Notes: generated by a model from the sequence alone, not told the origin. 64,000 nt of DNA from Syntrophorhabdaceae bacterium (GCA_963665295.1 OY762209.1:4064001-4128000), one strand, 5' to 3'. Counted from the first letter of the stretch, positions 28,311 to 40,175 are shown. Translations and numbers: made by a program.

Positions 28311-29323
28311 TTCTGATGATTCCCTTGAGACCTGAAGTACTCCACCGTCTCTTTCAGACCCTCATCAAGGGACACTCGCGGCTGCCACTGGAGATACCGT
28401 TTAGCTTTTTCGATGTCCGGGCATCTCCTTTTCGGGTCATCTTCCGGCAACCCCTCGAAGGTTATCTGCGACGACGAGCGGGTAAGGTCAATAACCTTCT
28501 TTGCGATGTCGAGGATCGATACTTCCTGGGGGTTACCGAGATTGGCAGGCCCCGGGAAGCCTGACAGGCGGGGCAGCGTATAATCCCTTTCCTTCACCTG
28601 CGCCTCCGCCTCGTAATCCATCATCCTGATCATGCCCTCTATTAAGTCATCGACGTAGCAGAATGATCTGGTCTGCGAGCCATCTCCGTAGATGGTGATA
28701 GGCTTCCCTTCAAGCGCCTGGACAATGAAGTTGCTCACTACCCTTCCATCATCGGGCCTCATGCGCGGGCCATAGGTGTTAAAGATGCGTATAACCTTCA
28801 CGTCTACCTTATTCTGCCTCATGTAATCGAAGAAGAGCGTCTCCGCCACCCTTTTACCCTCGTCATAGCAACTGCGCCTCCCCACGGGGTTCACATGTCC
28901 CCAGTACTCCTCTCTCTGAGGATGGACTTCCGGGTCCCCATAGACCTCGCTCGTCGATGCCTGCAGTACCCGCGCATGCACCCTTTTTGCAAGACCCAGC
29001 ACATTGAGGGCACCAAGGACGTTCACTTTTGTCGTCTTCACCGGGTTGTACTGATAATGGATCGGACTCGCGGGACAGGCGAGGTTGAATATCCAGTCCA
29101 CCTCGACAAGGACCGGCTCGGTAATGTCGTGCCTGATTATCTCGAACCGCGGGTTGGAAAGGAGGTGGGATATATTCCTTTTCCGTCCCGTAAAATAATT
29201 GTCCAGGCAGATGGCCTCGTGCCCGTCTTTCAGAAGTCTTTCCAGCAGGTGGGAGCCGATAAACCCGGCCCCACCGGTGACCAAAATCCGCTTGGGGATA
29301 TGGTACGTGTGATACTTATACAT
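28307..29323 (-). CDS. UDP-glucuronic acid decarboxylase (UDP-xylose synthase, SDR)
   Basis: Motifs [49 protein letters not shown]. Confidence 0.95.
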   Translation of the reverse strand: MYKYHTYHIPKRILVTGGAGFIGSHLLERLLKDGHEAICLDNYFTGRKRNISHLLSNPRFEIIRHDITEPVLVEVDWIFNLACPASPIHYQYNPVKTTKVNVLGALNVLGLAKRVHARVLQASTSEVYGDPEVHPQREEYWGHVNPVGRRSCYDEGKRVAETLFFDYMRQNKVDVKVIRIFNTYGPRMRPDDGRVVSNFIVQALEGKPITIYGDGSQTRSFCYVDDLIEGMIRMMDYEAEAQVKERDYTLPRLSGFPGPANLGNPQEVSILDIAKKVIDLTRSSSQITFEGLPEDDPKRRCPDIEKAKRYLQWQPRVSLDEGLKETVEYFRSQGNHQK

Positions 29324-29333
29324 ATATTACCCC

Positions 29334-30671
29334 TTAATGATCCGTTTTGACCGGTCTTCCGATGCACTCGTAATGGAAGCCGAATCCAGCCATGGTGGCG
29401 GGATTGTACTGGTTTCTCCCGTCAAAGATGACCGGGGACTTCATCAGGGTCTTCATTCTCTCATAGTCGGGCTCCCTGAAAGAAAGCCATTCCGTCACAA
29501 GGATCAGGCCGTCTGCGTCCTGGAGCACTTCATACTGGCTCTTCCCGAACTTTATGCTCCCGTTGCCTTCGAAAATGGCCTGCGCCACTTCCATGGCTTT
29601 CGGGTCATAGAGATTACAGAATGCACCTCTCTTCGTGAGCTCGTTCACTATATATACCGCAGGGGCTTCGCGCATATCGTCCGTATTCGGCTTGAAGGCG
29701 AGTCCCCAGATTGCAAAAGTCTTACCCTTTAAATCGTCTCCGTAGTAAGCGAGCACCTTTTCGGTGAAGGCCACCCTCTGGAACGCATTCACCTTCATTA
29801 CCTGCTCCAATATGGAAGCCTCGCATCCATGGTCCTGGCAGGTCCTTATCAACGCTCTCACGTCCTTCGGAAAGCAGGAACCGCCGAAGCCGACACCCGG
29901 AAAGAGAAACTTGGGCCCGATCCTTGAATCGCTCCCGATCCCTCTCATTACCATCATCACATCAGCCCCGACCTTCTCGCACATATTTGCAATCTCGTTC
30001 ATGAAGGAAATTCTCGTGGCAAGCATGGAATTCGCCGTGTACTTGGTCATCTCGCTCGATCTTACGTTCATGGCAAGAAAAGGCGCGCCGGTCCTCGTGA
30101 AGGGGGAATACAGTTCCTTCAGTATCTCCCCTACCCTGCTGTGCTCCACACCGACTACCACCCTCTCGGGCTTCATGCAGTCATCCACCGCCACCCCTTC
30201 CTTGAGAAACTCGGGGTTCGACGCCACGTCAAAGGCGATATCTTCCCTTCTTCCTTTCAATTCCTCTTCAACCGCGCCTTTGACCTTCTCGCAGGTGCCC
30301 ACGGGGACAGTGGATTTGACCACTATAATACGGTACTTTTCCACCACCTTCCCGATACTGTGGGCCACGCTCATTACGTACTGAAGGTCCGCGGAACCAT
30401 CCTCGTCCTGGGGTGTATTGACGGAAATAAAAATGATGAGCCCGTGATCCACGGTCTCTTTTATGTCAGTGGTAAACCGAAGCCTTCCCTCTTCCATGTT
30501 CCGTTTGACAAGTTCCTCGAGGTGGGGTTCGTAGATGGGGATAATGCCCTTGTTCAGGTTTTCTATCTTCTTTTCATCGATGTCCATACAGACTACATCG
30601 TTACCCGTCTCGGCAAAACATGCCCCCGTCACAAGACCAACATACCCAACTCCAATCACCGATATATGCAT
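29334..30671 (-). CDS. ugd: UDP-glucose 6-dehydrogenase
   Basis: Motifs GVGYVGL, KSTVPVGT, SNPEFLKEG, GFGGSCFPKD, AFKPNTDDMRE. Confidence 0.95.
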   Translation of the reverse strand: MHISVIGVGYVGLVTGACFAETGNDVVCMDIDEKKIENLNKGIIPIYEPHLEELVKRNMEEGRLRFTTDIKETVDHGLIIFISVNTPQDEDGSADLQYVMSVAHSIGKVVEKYRIIVVKSTVPVGTCEKVKGAVEEELKGRREDIAFDVASNPEFLKEGVAVDDCMKPERVVVGVEHSRVGEILKELYSPFTRTGAPFLAMNVRSSEMTKYTANSMLATRISFMNEIANMCEKVGADVMMVMRGIGSDSRIGPKFLFPGVGFGGSCFPKDVRALIRTCQDHGCEASILEQVMKVNAFQRVAFTEKVLAYYGDDLKGKTFAIWGLAFKPNTDDMREAPAVYIVNELTKRGAFCNLYDPKAMEVAQAIFEGNGSIKFGKSQYEVLQDADGLILVTEWLSFREPDYERMKTLMKSPVIFDGRNQYNPATMAGFGFHYECIGRPVKTDH

Positions 30672-30871
30672 GAGACCTCCGCTCCCTGTTTTGCTTCATT
30701 TTTACCTTCAAAACCGTTGAAAGTCAACAAGATTGTTCGCAATAATGCTTCCTGGTACCCTTCGTCCGCCCTCTTCCCCCACGGCCCCGGAAGGGTGAAA
30801 GAAGCCCGTAAATCCGCGCAACCCAATAACGTCTTGAAATAATGTCCATATTATGTTAAAAATATAGATGT

Positions 30872-30899
30872 TAGTGGGCTCGACCCGCTATTTTCGTTT
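30872..30899 (+). promoter_or_regulatory. rimP leader hairpin (terminator-like)
   Basis: TAGTGGG-CTCGA-CCCGCTA followed by TTTTCGTTT, just upstream of rimP; matches the conserved GGGC..CCC rimP-leader motif. TTGAAA at 30834 lies upstream. Confidence 0.7.
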
Positions 30900-30920
30900 A
30901 ATGGGTAAGGACAACCGTAT

Positions 30921-31391
30921 ATGACTGAAAATGAAATCAATGAAATTATAGAGAAGATGGAAAACATGCTGGCGCCCATCCTCCGCGAGGAGTCTCTCGA
31001 GTTGGTGGATCTGGAGTTCAGGCCATCGGGAAAGAGATGGCTGCTCCGCGTATTTATGGATAAGGAGGGAGGCATCACCATCTCGGATTGTGAGAAGGTA
31101 AACAGGGAGCTTAACAGGATTCTCGACGTAGATGACTTTATCGATCACCCTTATACGCTGGAAGTCTCATCTCCCGGGCTGACCAGGTCCCTGAAGAAGC
31201 GGGAGGATTTTGTCCGATATAGGGGCAGACAGTGTAAGATAGTGACCCGGGAACGGATAGATGACAAAAACGAGTTTATGGGAGAAATCCTTGATGTGGG
31301 CGATGATAAAGTGGAAATTAAGGGAAAAATAGGTGTATTTACAATCCCGATATGTGCTATAAAAAAGGCAAACTTAGAATTTGAAATATAA
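30921..31391 (+). CDS. rimP: Ribosome maturation factor RimP
   Basis: LRVFMDKEGGITISDC and YTLEVSSPGL. Confidence 0.96.
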   Translation: MTENEINEIIEKMENMLAPILREESLELVDLEFRPSGKRWLLRVFMDKEGGITISDCEKVNRELNRILDVDDFIDHPYTLEVSSPGLTRSLKKREDFVRYRGRQCKIVTRERIDDKNEFMGEILDVGDDKVEIKGKIGVFTIPICAIKKANLEFEI

Positions 31392-31400
31392 GAGGTACTC

Positions 31401-32702
31401 ATGTATTTTGACTTAAATTACGTTATCGAGCAGGTAGGCAAAGAAAAGGGCATACCTAAAGAGACGCTGATCGCAGCGCTCGAGGAGGCTATACTCTCGG
31501 CTTCCAAAAAGAAATATGGCAGTCACCTTGACCTCGAGGCAAAATACAATGAGGAACTCGGTGAAATAGAGGTCTTCCAGTTCAAGAAAGTAGTGGAAGA
31601 GACAAATGAGCCTGACATAGAAATATCCCTCGATGAGGCAAGGAAGCATGATCCCGAGTGCGAGATAGGTGACAGCATAGGCGTAAAGATGGATACATCG
31701 GCCCTCGGAAGAATTGCAGCCCAGACGGCAAAGCAGGTAATCGTACAAAAGGTAAGAAACGCGGAAAGCGATGTCATATATAATGAATACAAGAGCAAGA
31801 AGGGCGAGATAGCAACAGGCGTAGTGCAAAGGGTTGAAAAGAACCATTACGTCATAAACCTCGGCAAAACCGAGGCTATACTCCCTGTAAAAGAGGTAAT
31901 TCCGGGTGAAGGTTTCCGCCAGAGGGACAGGATCAAGGCATTGATTCTCGATGTCGAGAAAACCCAGAAAGGCTGTACCATCCTCCTTTCAAGGACTCAC
32001 CCCGGCTTTCTGATGAAGCTCTTTGAGTTGGAAGTTCCTGAAGTCCAGGAAGGGATCATCAAGATTGTCGGCGCCGCGAGAGAACCGGGAGAACGGGCGA
32101 AGATCTCCGTTTACAGTGAGGACACGGACGTCGATCCCATCGGCGCGTGCGTCGGGGTCAAAGGTTCGAGGGTTCAGGCGGTCGTCCAGGAGTTGAGGGG
32201 AGAGAAGATCGACATCATACCATGGAGCAAGGACCCCGCCAAGTTTGTGTGCAATACCCTTGCACCTGCGAGAGTCTCGAAGGTCTATATAAATGAAGAG
32301 GACCATTCCATGGAGATCATCGTCAACGATGATCAGCTTTCTCTCGCCATTGGAAAGAAAGGGCAAAACGTCAGACTCGCGTCGCGGCTGACCGGTTGGA
32401 AAATAGATATCAATAGTGAATCCGAAGTGGAGATTACCTCAAGGAAGATCATAGAAGATTTGATGGCCAAATTGAAGGTGAGCGAAATTCTCGCCCGTAT
32501 TCTCCACGACGAGTATCTGAGAGACCCTCAGGATCTGGCGAAGCTTACACCTGAAGAACTCAACAAGATTACCAGCATTTCCATCGAAGACTGCAAGAGG
32601 ATCATAGAACAGGCGAAGCAAATCAGGGATAGGGAAAAATCGGAAAAAGCTGAGGAACGGCGCGAAGAACCGGGAGTAGACGCCGGGAACCTGCAATCGT
32701 AG
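31401..32702 (+). CDS. nusA: Transcription termination factor NusA
   Basis: GRIAAQTAKQV, S1 and KH domains, AREPGERAK, LAIGKKGQNVRLA. Confidence 0.98.
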   Translation: MYFDLNYVIEQVGKEKGIPKETLIAALEEAILSASKKKYGSHLDLEAKYNEELGEIEVFQFKKVVEETNEPDIEISLDEARKHDPECEIGDSIGVKMDTSALGRIAAQTAKQVIVQKVRNAESDVIYNEYKSKKGEIATGVVQRVEKNHYVINLGKTEAILPVKEVIPGEGFRQRDRIKALILDVEKTQKGCTILLSRTHPGFLMKLFELEVPEVQEGIIKIVGAAREPGERAKISVYSEDTDVDPIGACVGVKGSRVQAVVQELRGEKIDIIPWSKDPAKFVCNTLAPARVSKVYINEEDHSMEIIVNDDQLSLAIGKKGQNVRLASRLTGWKIDINSESEVEITSRKIIEDLMAKLKVSEILARILHDEYLRDPQDLAKLTPEELNKITSISIEDCKRIIEQAKQIRDREKSEKAEERREEPGVDAGNLQS

Positions 32703-32743
32703 AAATCACAAAAGAGCGGACGGGAGTTAAGAAGGATTAAAGC

Positions 32744-35317
32744 ATGACAAAAATTAAAATCACCACCCTCACCGATAAAATAAGCGACGACGAGATTCTC
32801 TCGAAGCTGAAGGGTATTGGTGTAAAAATAAAAGACAGAGGCAAGGAAGAACCACCCCATGAGGAAGCCAGGGAAAAGGCCGCTCCCGCGGGTGAGACCC
32901 TTGTGGAAAAAAGGGTGGCATCCACAATCATTCGAAGAAGGGTACAGCCCCCTCCTCCGCCCCCGCCGGTCGAAGAAAAGAAAGAAGAATTACCCGTAGA
33001 GAAGAAACCCGAGGTCCAGGAGCCTGTCAGAATAGTGGAGAGAGAGGCCGCTGTCCTGAGACATGCGGAAAAAGAACCGGCCGTAATGCCGGAGCCGGTG
33101 ACGCCGGTCGCAGAAGCAGTCGCCCCGGAACCACCGCCTCCGCAGGAAGAGGCTGTGCAGGAAGAGGCTGTCGAACAACAACAGGTACCCGTCGAAGAGG
33201 CTTCCAAGGGCGAGATAGAGCGCATCGGACAGGACAAAGAGAAAGAAATCACCAAGGTGCTTGAAGAAGCTTACAAGCAGGACCTTGAAAAGGAAGTCAC
33301 CCTCACCGACGAAACCGAGGAAGAACGGAAAAAGAAGAAGACAGAAAAGCTTCTGAAAAAGATTCAGGAAGCGGAGTTTGAAGAAACCAAAGTAAAGAAG
33401 AAAGGACTCCTCAAGAGAAAAGTCGTCGTAAAAGAGGAGGACCTTTATACATTCAGAAGAGGAAAAGGAAGACCCACCCCGGGCCGGAAAGGTAGCAGGC
33501 TCGATGAAAGAAGGGCTGAAGAAGAAAGAAGGCTTGAGTCAAGGCCGCCCCGGAAAACCATCAAGGTCGGCGATGAAATCCAGGTAAGCGAACTTGCGAA
33601 GAGAATGGGCGTGAAAGCCCAGGACATTACCGCAAAGCTTCTGCCTTTGGGTATTCTCATACCGATAAACCAGAATATAGATTATGACACCGCGTATCTC
33701 GTGAGCACCGAGTTGGGCTTCGACGTGGAGAAGATAGTTTCCATTGAAGAAGAGTTCCTTGCCCTCGAAGAAGAGCAGAAAGAGAGCAGCAGCAGACACC
33801 TGAAGCCGAGATCACCGGTAGTGACCATCATGGGCCACGTCGATCACGGCAAGACACTGCTCCTCGACACTGTCCGCCATACCAACGTGGCAGAGAAGGA
33901 AGCGGGAGGGATCACACAGCACATAGGGGCTTACGTGGTCAATGTGGAAGGAAAGGAGATCGTCTTCGTGGACACGCCGGGTCATGAGGCCTTTACGGCA
34001 ATGAGAGCTCGCGGCGCCCGCGTCACCGATATAGTCGTCCTCGTGGTTGCAGCCGATGATGGTGTCATGCCCCAGACGATTGAAGCCATAAACCATGCCA
34101 AAGCGGCAAACGTGCCCATTATTGTAGCCATCAACAAGATAGACAGGCCGAATGCGAATCCCGACAAGGTCCTGAAGGAACTCGCCGAGTTCGGGCTGGT
34201 CCCCGAGGATTGGGGCGGCACCACGCTTTTCGCGAAGATTTCGGCAAAAAAGAATATCGGCATAAAAGAACTGCTCGAACTGATCGCCTTGCAGGCGGAG
34301 ATGCTCGAACTTAAGGCAGACCCGGATCAACTCGCAAAGGGTATTATTATAGAATCGGAACTCGACAAAGGTCAGGGACCTGTAGGAACGGTTATCATCC
34401 AGGAGGGTACCCTCAAGATAGGAGACCCCTTCATCGCGGGAAGCATGTTCGGGAGAGTACGCGCCATGATAGACGACAAAGGCAAAAGGATACAGAAGGC
34501 CCCGCCTTCCGCCCCTGTGCTTGTCGTGGGATTTCAGGACGTACCTCACGGAGGCGACCGTTTTATTGTAACAACGGAAGAAAGATATGCGAGAGAACTG
34601 TCCAAGTACCGCCAGGAAAGGTTGAAGGAAAAGGAGATTCTGAAAAACTCCCGCACTACTCTCGAAGAGCTCTATTCCAAGATGAACGAGACCGGAAGGG
34701 TCACCCTCAACGTAATCGTGAAGGGCGACGTGAGAGGAACGATCGATGCCATAGTGGAAGCCCTTAGAAAGCTCTCTAATGATCAGGTTGAGATTCAGAT
34801 AATACATAGCGGCGTGGGAGCCATCACGGAGACGGACGTAAACCTCGCCATGGCGTCGGGTGCGATTATCATCGGCTTCAACACAAGGCCGGTCGGCAAG
34901 GCGCAGGCCCTCGCCGAGCACGAAAAGATTGATATCAGGACTTATTCGATCATATACGAACTCATCGATGAGATAAAGAAAGCCATGGAGGGCATGCTGG
35001 CGCCCAAGATAGTCGAGACGGACATCGGCAAAGCGGAGATCCGGAAGGTCTTTTCCGTTTCAAGGATAGGGACCATCGGCGGATGCTATATGCTCGAAGG
35101 CAAAGCCACGAGAAACGCCATAGTAAAAGTGACAAGGGGCAACAATGTGCTCTTCACCGGCAAACTCGCATCCCTTAAGAGGTTCAAGGACGACGTGAAA
35201 GAGGTTCTCGCCGGTTATGAATGTGGAATATCGGTAGAAGGTTACAACGATATTAAAGAAGGGGACATTCTGGTGTTCTCCATTCAGGAAAAAGAGAAGC
35301 AGACCCTTGATGGTTGA
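32744..35317 (+). CDS. infB: Translation initiation factor IF-2
   Basis: Motifs [40 protein letters not shown]. Confidence 0.98.
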   Translation: MTKIKITTLTDKISDDEILSKLKGIGVKIKDRGKEEPPHEEAREKAAPAGETLVEKRVASTIIRRRVQPPPPPPPVEEKKEELPVEKKPEVQEPVRIVEREAAVLRHAEKEPAVMPEPVTPVAEAVAPEPPPPQEEAVQEEAVEQQQVPVEEASKGEIERIGQDKEKEITKVLEEAYKQDLEKEVTLTDETEEERKKKKTEKLLKKIQEAEFEETKVKKKGLLKRKVVVKEEDLYTFRRGKGRPTPGRKGSRLDERRAEEERRLESRPPRKTIKVGDEIQVSELAKRMGVKAQDITAKLLPLGILIPINQNIDYDTAYLVSTELGFDVEKIVSIEEEFLALEEEQKESSSRHLKPRSPVVTIMGHVDHGKTLLLDTVRHTNVAEKEAGGITQHIGAYVVNVEGKEIVFVDTPGHEAFTAMRARGARVTDIVVLVVAADDGVMPQTIEAINHAKAANVPIIVAINKIDRPNANPDKVLKELAEFGLVPEDWGGTTLFAKISAKKNIGIKELLELIALQAEMLELKADPDQLAKGIIIESELDKGQGPVGTVIIQEGTLKIGDPFIAGSMFGRVRAMIDDKGKRIQKAPPSAPVLVVGFQDVPHGGDRFIVTTEERYARELSKYRQERLKEKEILKNSRTTLEELYSKMNETGRVTLNVIVKGDVRGTIDAIVEALRKLSNDQVEIQIIHSGVGAITETDVNLAMASGAIIIGFNTRPVGKAQALAEHEKIDIRTYSIIYELIDEIKKAMEGMLAPKIVETDIGKAEIRKVFSVSRIGTIGGCYMLEGKATRNAIVKVTRGNNVLFTGKLASLKRFKDDVKEVLAGYECGISVEGYNDIKEGDILVFSIQEKEKQTLDG

Positions 35318-35322
35318 GGAGC

Positions 35323-35610
35323 ATGATTGTCGGTGTTTCAACCATAGAAATATTCTTTTCCGAAAGCCACTCTCTCAAAGATAAAAGGCAAACGACAAGA
35401 AAGATAGTGGAGAAGATAAGGACGAAGTTTAATATATCCGTCATGGAAGTGGAACAGACGAACCTCTGGCAGAGAGCCCACGTCGCGTTCGCAATCGTGG
35501 GGGTAAAGAAGGACCACGTGGAGGCCGGAATCGAGAGCATCCACAAATACGTGGAATCCCTGTATGTTGGTGAAATTATTGACACCAAAACAGATATTAT
35601 AGTGATGTGA
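35323..35610 (+). CDS. DUF503 (YlxP-like) protein
   Basis: SHSLKDKR and KFNISVMEV; conserved position between infB and rbfA. Confidence 0.9.
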   Translation: MIVGVSTIEIFFSESHSLKDKRQTTRKIVEKIRTKFNISVMEVEQTNLWQRAHVAFAIVGVKKDHVEAGIESIHKYVESLYVGEIIDTKTDIIVM

Positions 35611-35616
35611 GAGACA

Positions 35617-35967
35617 ATGAAGTATAGAAAATTAAGGGTTCAAGACCTTCTGAGAGAGGAAATTTCTTCCATAATCCAACGGGACATCAAGGATCCGGGT
35701 ATCGGCTTCGTCACCATACTTGAGGTCAAAATGACCGACGATCTGAAGATAGCAAAAGTGTACTGCACCATCTACGGCGATGACGAGACAAAAACGAAGA
35801 CCCTGAAAGCCCTCAAGAGGTCCAAGGGATATGTAAGGTTTCTCATCGGAAAGCGTATAAATCTCCGGTACACGCCGGAAATCGTCTTCGTCCTCGATAC
35901 CGCTTACGAAACCGCTATGAAGATAGAGGAAATTTTGCACAAGGAATCTCATGCTGACGAAGATTAA
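35617..35967 (+). CDS. rbfA: Ribosome-binding factor A
   Basis: IKDP, DLKIAKVY, LRYTPEIVF..D. Confidence 0.95.
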   Translation: MKYRKLRVQDLLREEISSIIQRDIKDPGIGFVTILEVKMTDDLKIAKVYCTIYGDDETKTKTLKALKRSKGYVRFLIGKRINLRYTPEIVFVLDTAYETAMKIEEILHKESHADED

Positions 35968-36895
35968 AGAAGTCATCGACAGGGGTGACCGCTTCTTGAT
36001 AACGAGCCATATAGATCCTGACGGAGATGCGATAGGTTCCGCCTTTTCCATGTACTGGGCCCTCGATTCCCTCAAAAAACATCCATTGGTCTATCTCAGG
36101 GACAAGGTACCCTCCAGATACGAGTTTCTTCCCCGGCCGACCCATCTCACCAACGCGTTCCCCCACGAATCGTTCGACGCGATCTTTGTCCTTGATTGCG
36201 GCAATTTGTTCCGCGTCGGCGAGGGCTACGAGCAACTGAAGGACATGGGATATCTCATAAACATCGACCACCACAAAACCAATGAGACCTTCGGACTTAT
36301 AAACATGATAGATCCGGATGCTTCATGCACCGCGGAGTTACTTTATTTTCTCTATGAGCACCTCCATGTCCCCATGTCTCTCGACATGGCCCTCAATATA
36401 TACACCGGTATACTGACCGACACCGGCTCTTTCCGGTTTGGGAATGCGAACTCCAGTGCTTTCTTTATTTCCGGGAAAATGCTGCAGGCGGGGGTAAAAC
36501 CCGCGTATGTATCTCAAATGGTGTACAACAACCACCCCAAGGAACGGTTTAAGCTCCTCGGTCTTGTTCTCTCGGGCCTCGAAGCCTTTGATAACGATAA
36601 GATTGTAATGACCCACGTCACAAACGATATGTTTGAGGAGGCCGGCGCCTCAAAAGAGGACACCGACGGTTTTGTAGAGTACATAAAAGAGATAAGAGGC
36701 GTGGAAGCAGCTCTTCTCTTAAGGCAGGTCCCCGGGGGCTACAAGGTCAGTATGAGGTCAAGGGGAACAATGGATGTCTCCCATATCTGCGCCCTTTTCG
36801 GCGGCGGAGGGCATAGGAATGCCGCCGGGTGTACCATCGAGGGCAACCTCGGGCAAGTGGAAAATAGATTAAAGGAGGCATTGAAGGTCCAGTGA
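35951..36895 (+). CDS. nrnA: DHH/DHHA1 bifunctional oligoribonuclease/pAp phosphatase
   Basis: Motifs HIDPDGDAIGS, NIDHH, TDTGSF, SMRS, GGGGHRNAAG. Confidence 0.92.
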   Translation: MLTKIKEVIDRGDRFLITSHIDPDGDAIGSAFSMYWALDSLKKHPLVYLRDKVPSRYEFLPRPTHLTNAFPHESFDAIFVLDCGNLFRVGEGYEQLKDMGYLINIDHHKTNETFGLINMIDPDASCTAELLYFLYEHLHVPMSLDMALNIYTGILTDTGSFRFGNANSSAFFISGKMLQAGVKPAYVSQMVYNNHPKERFKLLGLVLSGLEAFDNDKIVMTHVTNDMFEEAGASKEDTDGFVEYIKEIRGVEAALLLRQVPGGYKVSMRSRGTMDVSHICALFGGGGHRNAAGCTIEGNLGQVENRLKEALKVQ

Positions 36896-37776
36896 ACGGC
36901 TTTCTCATCATAGATAAAGACTCCGGCATTTCCTCTTATGACGTCATCCGGAAACTCAAGAGGATACGTCAATTCAAGAAAATAGGTTACATCGGCACCC
37001 TCGACCGCAATGCAACGGGCATACTCCCTGTTGCGCTGAACGAGGCGGTCAAGCTGATTCCGTTCCTCGAGAACGGGCAGAAGGCTTACAGGGCCACCAT
37101 TCTCCTCGGTACCACCACAGACACACTGGACATAGAGGGCAAGGTCCTCTCCACTGTCGAGACTGACCCCTTTGATACGGCCATACTTAAGGACCTGCTC
37201 AAGAAGTTCGAGGGAAAGATAACACAACAGATCCCCGTCTACTCCTCCAAGAAGGTCAACAAAAAACCTTTGTACAAATGGGCGAGAGAAGGTGTCGCCA
37301 TCGAACCGCCAACCAAGGAAGTGGAGATTTTCGGCATAGACTTTCTCGAGTATAAACATCCCTACCTTACCATAGACGTAGCGTGCTCAAAAGGTACTTA
37401 TATCAGGGCCTTAGCCCAGGATTTCGGCGCCGGCCTCGGGTGCGGAGCAACCCTTTATGCGCTGAAAAGAACCAAACATGGCGAGTTTACTGAGGATATG
37501 TGCATAAGCCTCAAAGATATAAATGTTGAACAAGATCTGGTAAACGGTTTAATATCATTGGAAAATGTGTTAAAATACTTAAAAGAGACCGTAGTTGAGG
37601 CTCCTTTGGAGAAATTTCTGAAGCAGGGTATGCCCGTTCCGCTCCTGGGCAACTCAAAGGAATGGATGCACGGCGAAACAACCAGGCTTTTCAGCAAGAA
37701 AGGGGTCCTTATTGGAATAGGGACGGCAGATACGTTATCAAAGACGATCAAGATAAAGAGATTAATTAATAATTAA
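36892..37776 (+). CDS. truB: tRNA pseudouridine(55) synthase
   Basis: [29 protein letters not shown]; expected gene position. Confidence 0.93.
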   Translation: MNGFLIIDKDSGISSYDVIRKLKRIRQFKKIGYIGTLDRNATGILPVALNEAVKLIPFLENGQKAYRATILLGTTTDTLDIEGKVLSTVETDPFDTAILKDLLKKFEGKITQQIPVYSSKKVNKKPLYKWAREGVAIEPPTKEVEIFGIDFLEYKHPYLTIDVACSKGTYIRALAQDFGAGLGCGATLYALKRTKHGEFTEDMCISLKDINVEQDLVNGLISLENVLKYLKETVVEAPLEKFLKQGMPVPLLGNSKEWMHGETTRLFSKKGVLIGIGTADTLSKTIKIKRLINN

Positions 37777-37786
37777 GGAGGATTAC

Positions 37787-38056
37787 ATGTCACTTACCCC
37801 TGGACACAAACAAGCCATTATAGAGGGTTATAAAATCCACGAGAAAGATACTGGCTCTCCGGAGGTTCAGATTGCGCTTCTTACCGAGCGGATCAAGGGT
37901 CTCACCGAACATTTTAAAAAATTCTCTAAAGACCACAATTCAAGGAGAGGTCTCCTTGTGCTGGTGGGCAGCAGGAGAAGGCTTCTCAACTACCTCAAGG
38001 CCAAGAACGTAGATCGGTACAAGAAGGTTATTGAGAGACTGGGCTTAAGAAAATAA
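37787..38056 (+). CDS. rpsO: 30S ribosomal protein S15
   Basis: [27 protein letters not shown]. Confidence 0.98.
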   Translation: MSLTPGHKQAIIEGYKIHEKDTGSPEVQIALLTERIKGLTEHFKKFSKDHNSRRGLLVLVGSRRRLLNYLKAKNVDRYKKVIERLGLRK

Positions 38057-38083
38057 ACCCCATAGAGGACAGAAAGGAAAACT

Positions 38084-40165
38084 ATGAAAGAAAGCATTAC
38101 GATTGATTATGCTGGAAGACCATTAACAATAACTACAGGAGAAATGGCCAAACAAGCGGGAGGCAGCGTAGTCATACAGTACGCCGACACAGTCGTGCTC
38201 GTGACTGCAGCCGCCCGGAAAGAGGCATCCGACAGGGATTTTCTTCCCCTTACGGTAAACTACCAGGAAATGTCCTATGCAGCGGGAAATATCCCCGGAG
38301 GATTCTTTAAACGGGAAGGCAGACCTTCCACCAACGAGATACTCACGTCCCGTCTCATTGACAGGCCCATTCGTCCCCTCTTCCACAAAGGTTTTAGAAA
38401 TGAAACCCAGGTTATCGCGACGGTACTGTCCGCAGATCAGGAGTGCGATCCTGCCGTGCTCGGCATCATAGGCGCCTCATGTGCGCTGACTATCTCGCAG
38501 ATACCCTTTGACGGCCCCCTGGCAGGAGTCAAGATAGGCAGGAAAGACGGCATATTCATCGTGAACCCCACCACCGAGGAGATGGCGGACAGCGATATGG
38601 ATATCGTGGTCACCGGCACGAGAGATGCCATCATGATGGTTGAGGGCGGCGCGAAGTTCGTGAGTGACAGCGACCTCATCGAGGCCATCCATTTCGGCCA
38701 ACAGCAACTGCTGCCGTTGATTGAGATCCAGGAACAACTCCTGGCCAAGGTGGGCGCGAAGAAAAAATGGACCGTCGAGGTCCACGAGGCCCCTGAAGGG
38801 TTCAAGGAAAGCCTGAGGACCAAAATAGAAAAAGACCTTATCGATACGTTCGCCATAGGGCCGAAACTCGAGAGAGGCGACCGGCAGGCCGAACTGTTCG
38901 ATTCCATCGTAAAAGACTACCCGGATATGCAAGCATCCCTGCTGTCCAAGGTTTATGAGGACATCACAAGGGACGTCCTGAGGGAACAGCTTTTTGCAAC
39001 CGGCAAGAGAATTGACGGTCGGTCTCCCGACGGCATCAGGAATATTACCTGCAAGGTAGGATTGCTTCCCAGAACACATGGTTCCGCCCTCTTCACGAGA
39101 GGCGAGACCCAGGCGCTGGCCATCACTACCTTCGGAACATCCGATGACGAACAGAAGGTCGAATCCCTCCTCGAAGGGGAGATATTCAAGACTTTCATGC
39201 TTCACTATAACTTTCCGCCCTTCTCCGTCGGCGAAGTATCGATGCTGCGAGGCCCAACGCGTCGTGAAATAGGACACGGAAACCTTGCAGAAAGGGCGCT
39301 TACCCGAATCCTCCCCTCTAAAGAGGACTTTCCCTATACCATAAGGATCGTGTCGGAGATACTTGAATCAAACGGTTCGTCATCCATGGCCACCGTGTGC
39401 GGTGGATGCCTGTCCCTCATGGACGCAGGGGTACCGATAAAGGAGCCTGTCGCCGGTATCGCCATGGGTCTCGTCAAAGAAGGGGACAAGGAGATAGTTC
39501 TTTCAGACATCCTTGGAGACGAAGATCATTTAGGTGACATGGATTTCAAGATCGCCGGTACACGGGAAGGTATAACCGCCATCCAGATGGACATCAAGAT
39601 CAAAGGGATCACAAAAGAGACCATGTGGAAAGCCATTGTCCAGGGCAAGGAAGGCATCACAAAAATCCTGGGTATTATGGCGGAAACATTAGGTACGTAC
39701 AGAGACACTCTTTCTCCGTACGCTCCGAGGATATACACCATCATGATCAAACCTGACCGGATCAGAGACGTCATAGGTCCGGGCGGCAAAGTCATCAAGA
39801 GTATCGTCGAACAGACGGGAGTCAAGATCGACATAGAAGACTCAGGCGTGGTGAAGATCGCTTCTCAGGACGAGGAGTCGGCGAACCAGGCTATCGAAAT
39901 CATCAAAGGCCTCACAAAGGAGGTCGCAGTTGGCGAGATATATCTTGGAAAGGTGAAGAAAGTCATCGATTCCGGCGCAATAGTTGAACTGCTCCACGGT
40001 ATCGATGGTTTTGTTCATATCAGCCAGTTGGCTGACGGTTACGTAAAGAAGGCGTCCGATGTGGTCAAGGAGCGCGAAGAGATGCTCGTAAAAGTCATCG
40101 ACGTCGAGCCTAACGGAAGAATCAAGCTCTCAAGAAAAGCCGTTCTCAAGGAACAGAAGGAATAA
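38084..40165 (+). CDS. pnp: Polyribonucleotide nucleotidyltransferase
   Basis: IPGGFFKREG, RLIDRPIRPLF, RREIGHG, ESNGSSSMA, GDMDFK, KH and S1 domains. Confidence 0.98.
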   Translation: MKESITIDYAGRPLTITTGEMAKQAGGSVVIQYADTVVLVTAAARKEASDRDFLPLTVNYQEMSYAAGNIPGGFFKREGRPSTNEILTSRLIDRPIRPLFHKGFRNETQVIATVLSADQECDPAVLGIIGASCALTISQIPFDGPLAGVKIGRKDGIFIVNPTTEEMADSDMDIVVTGTRDAIMMVEGGAKFVSDSDLIEAIHFGQQQLLPLIEIQEQLLAKVGAKKKWTVEVHEAPEGFKESLRTKIEKDLIDTFAIGPKLERGDRQAELFDSIVKDYPDMQASLLSKVYEDITRDVLREQLFATGKRIDGRSPDGIRNITCKVGLLPRTHGSALFTRGETQALAITTFGTSDDEQKVESLLEGEIFKTFMLHYNFPPFSVGEVSMLRGPTRREIGHGNLAERALTRILPSKEDFPYTIRIVSEILESNGSSSMATVCGGCLSLMDAGVPIKEPVAGIAMGLVKEGDKEIVLSDILGDEDHLGDMDFKIAGTREGITAIQMDIKIKGITKETMWKAIVQGKEGITKILGIMAETLGTYRDTLSPYAPRIYTIMIKPDRIRDVIGPGGKVIKSIVEQTGVKIDIEDSGVVKIASQDEESANQAIEIIKGLTKEVAVGEIYLGKVKKVIDSGAIVELLHGIDGFVHISQLADGYVKKASDVVKEREEMLVKVIDVEPNGRIKLSRKAVLKEQKE

Positions 40166-40175
40166 CCGGAGGTAA

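Noticed and set aside
32850..33550. Pro/Glu/Lys-rich low-complexity stretch in infB
   Set aside because: Normal variable N-terminal region of IF-2.
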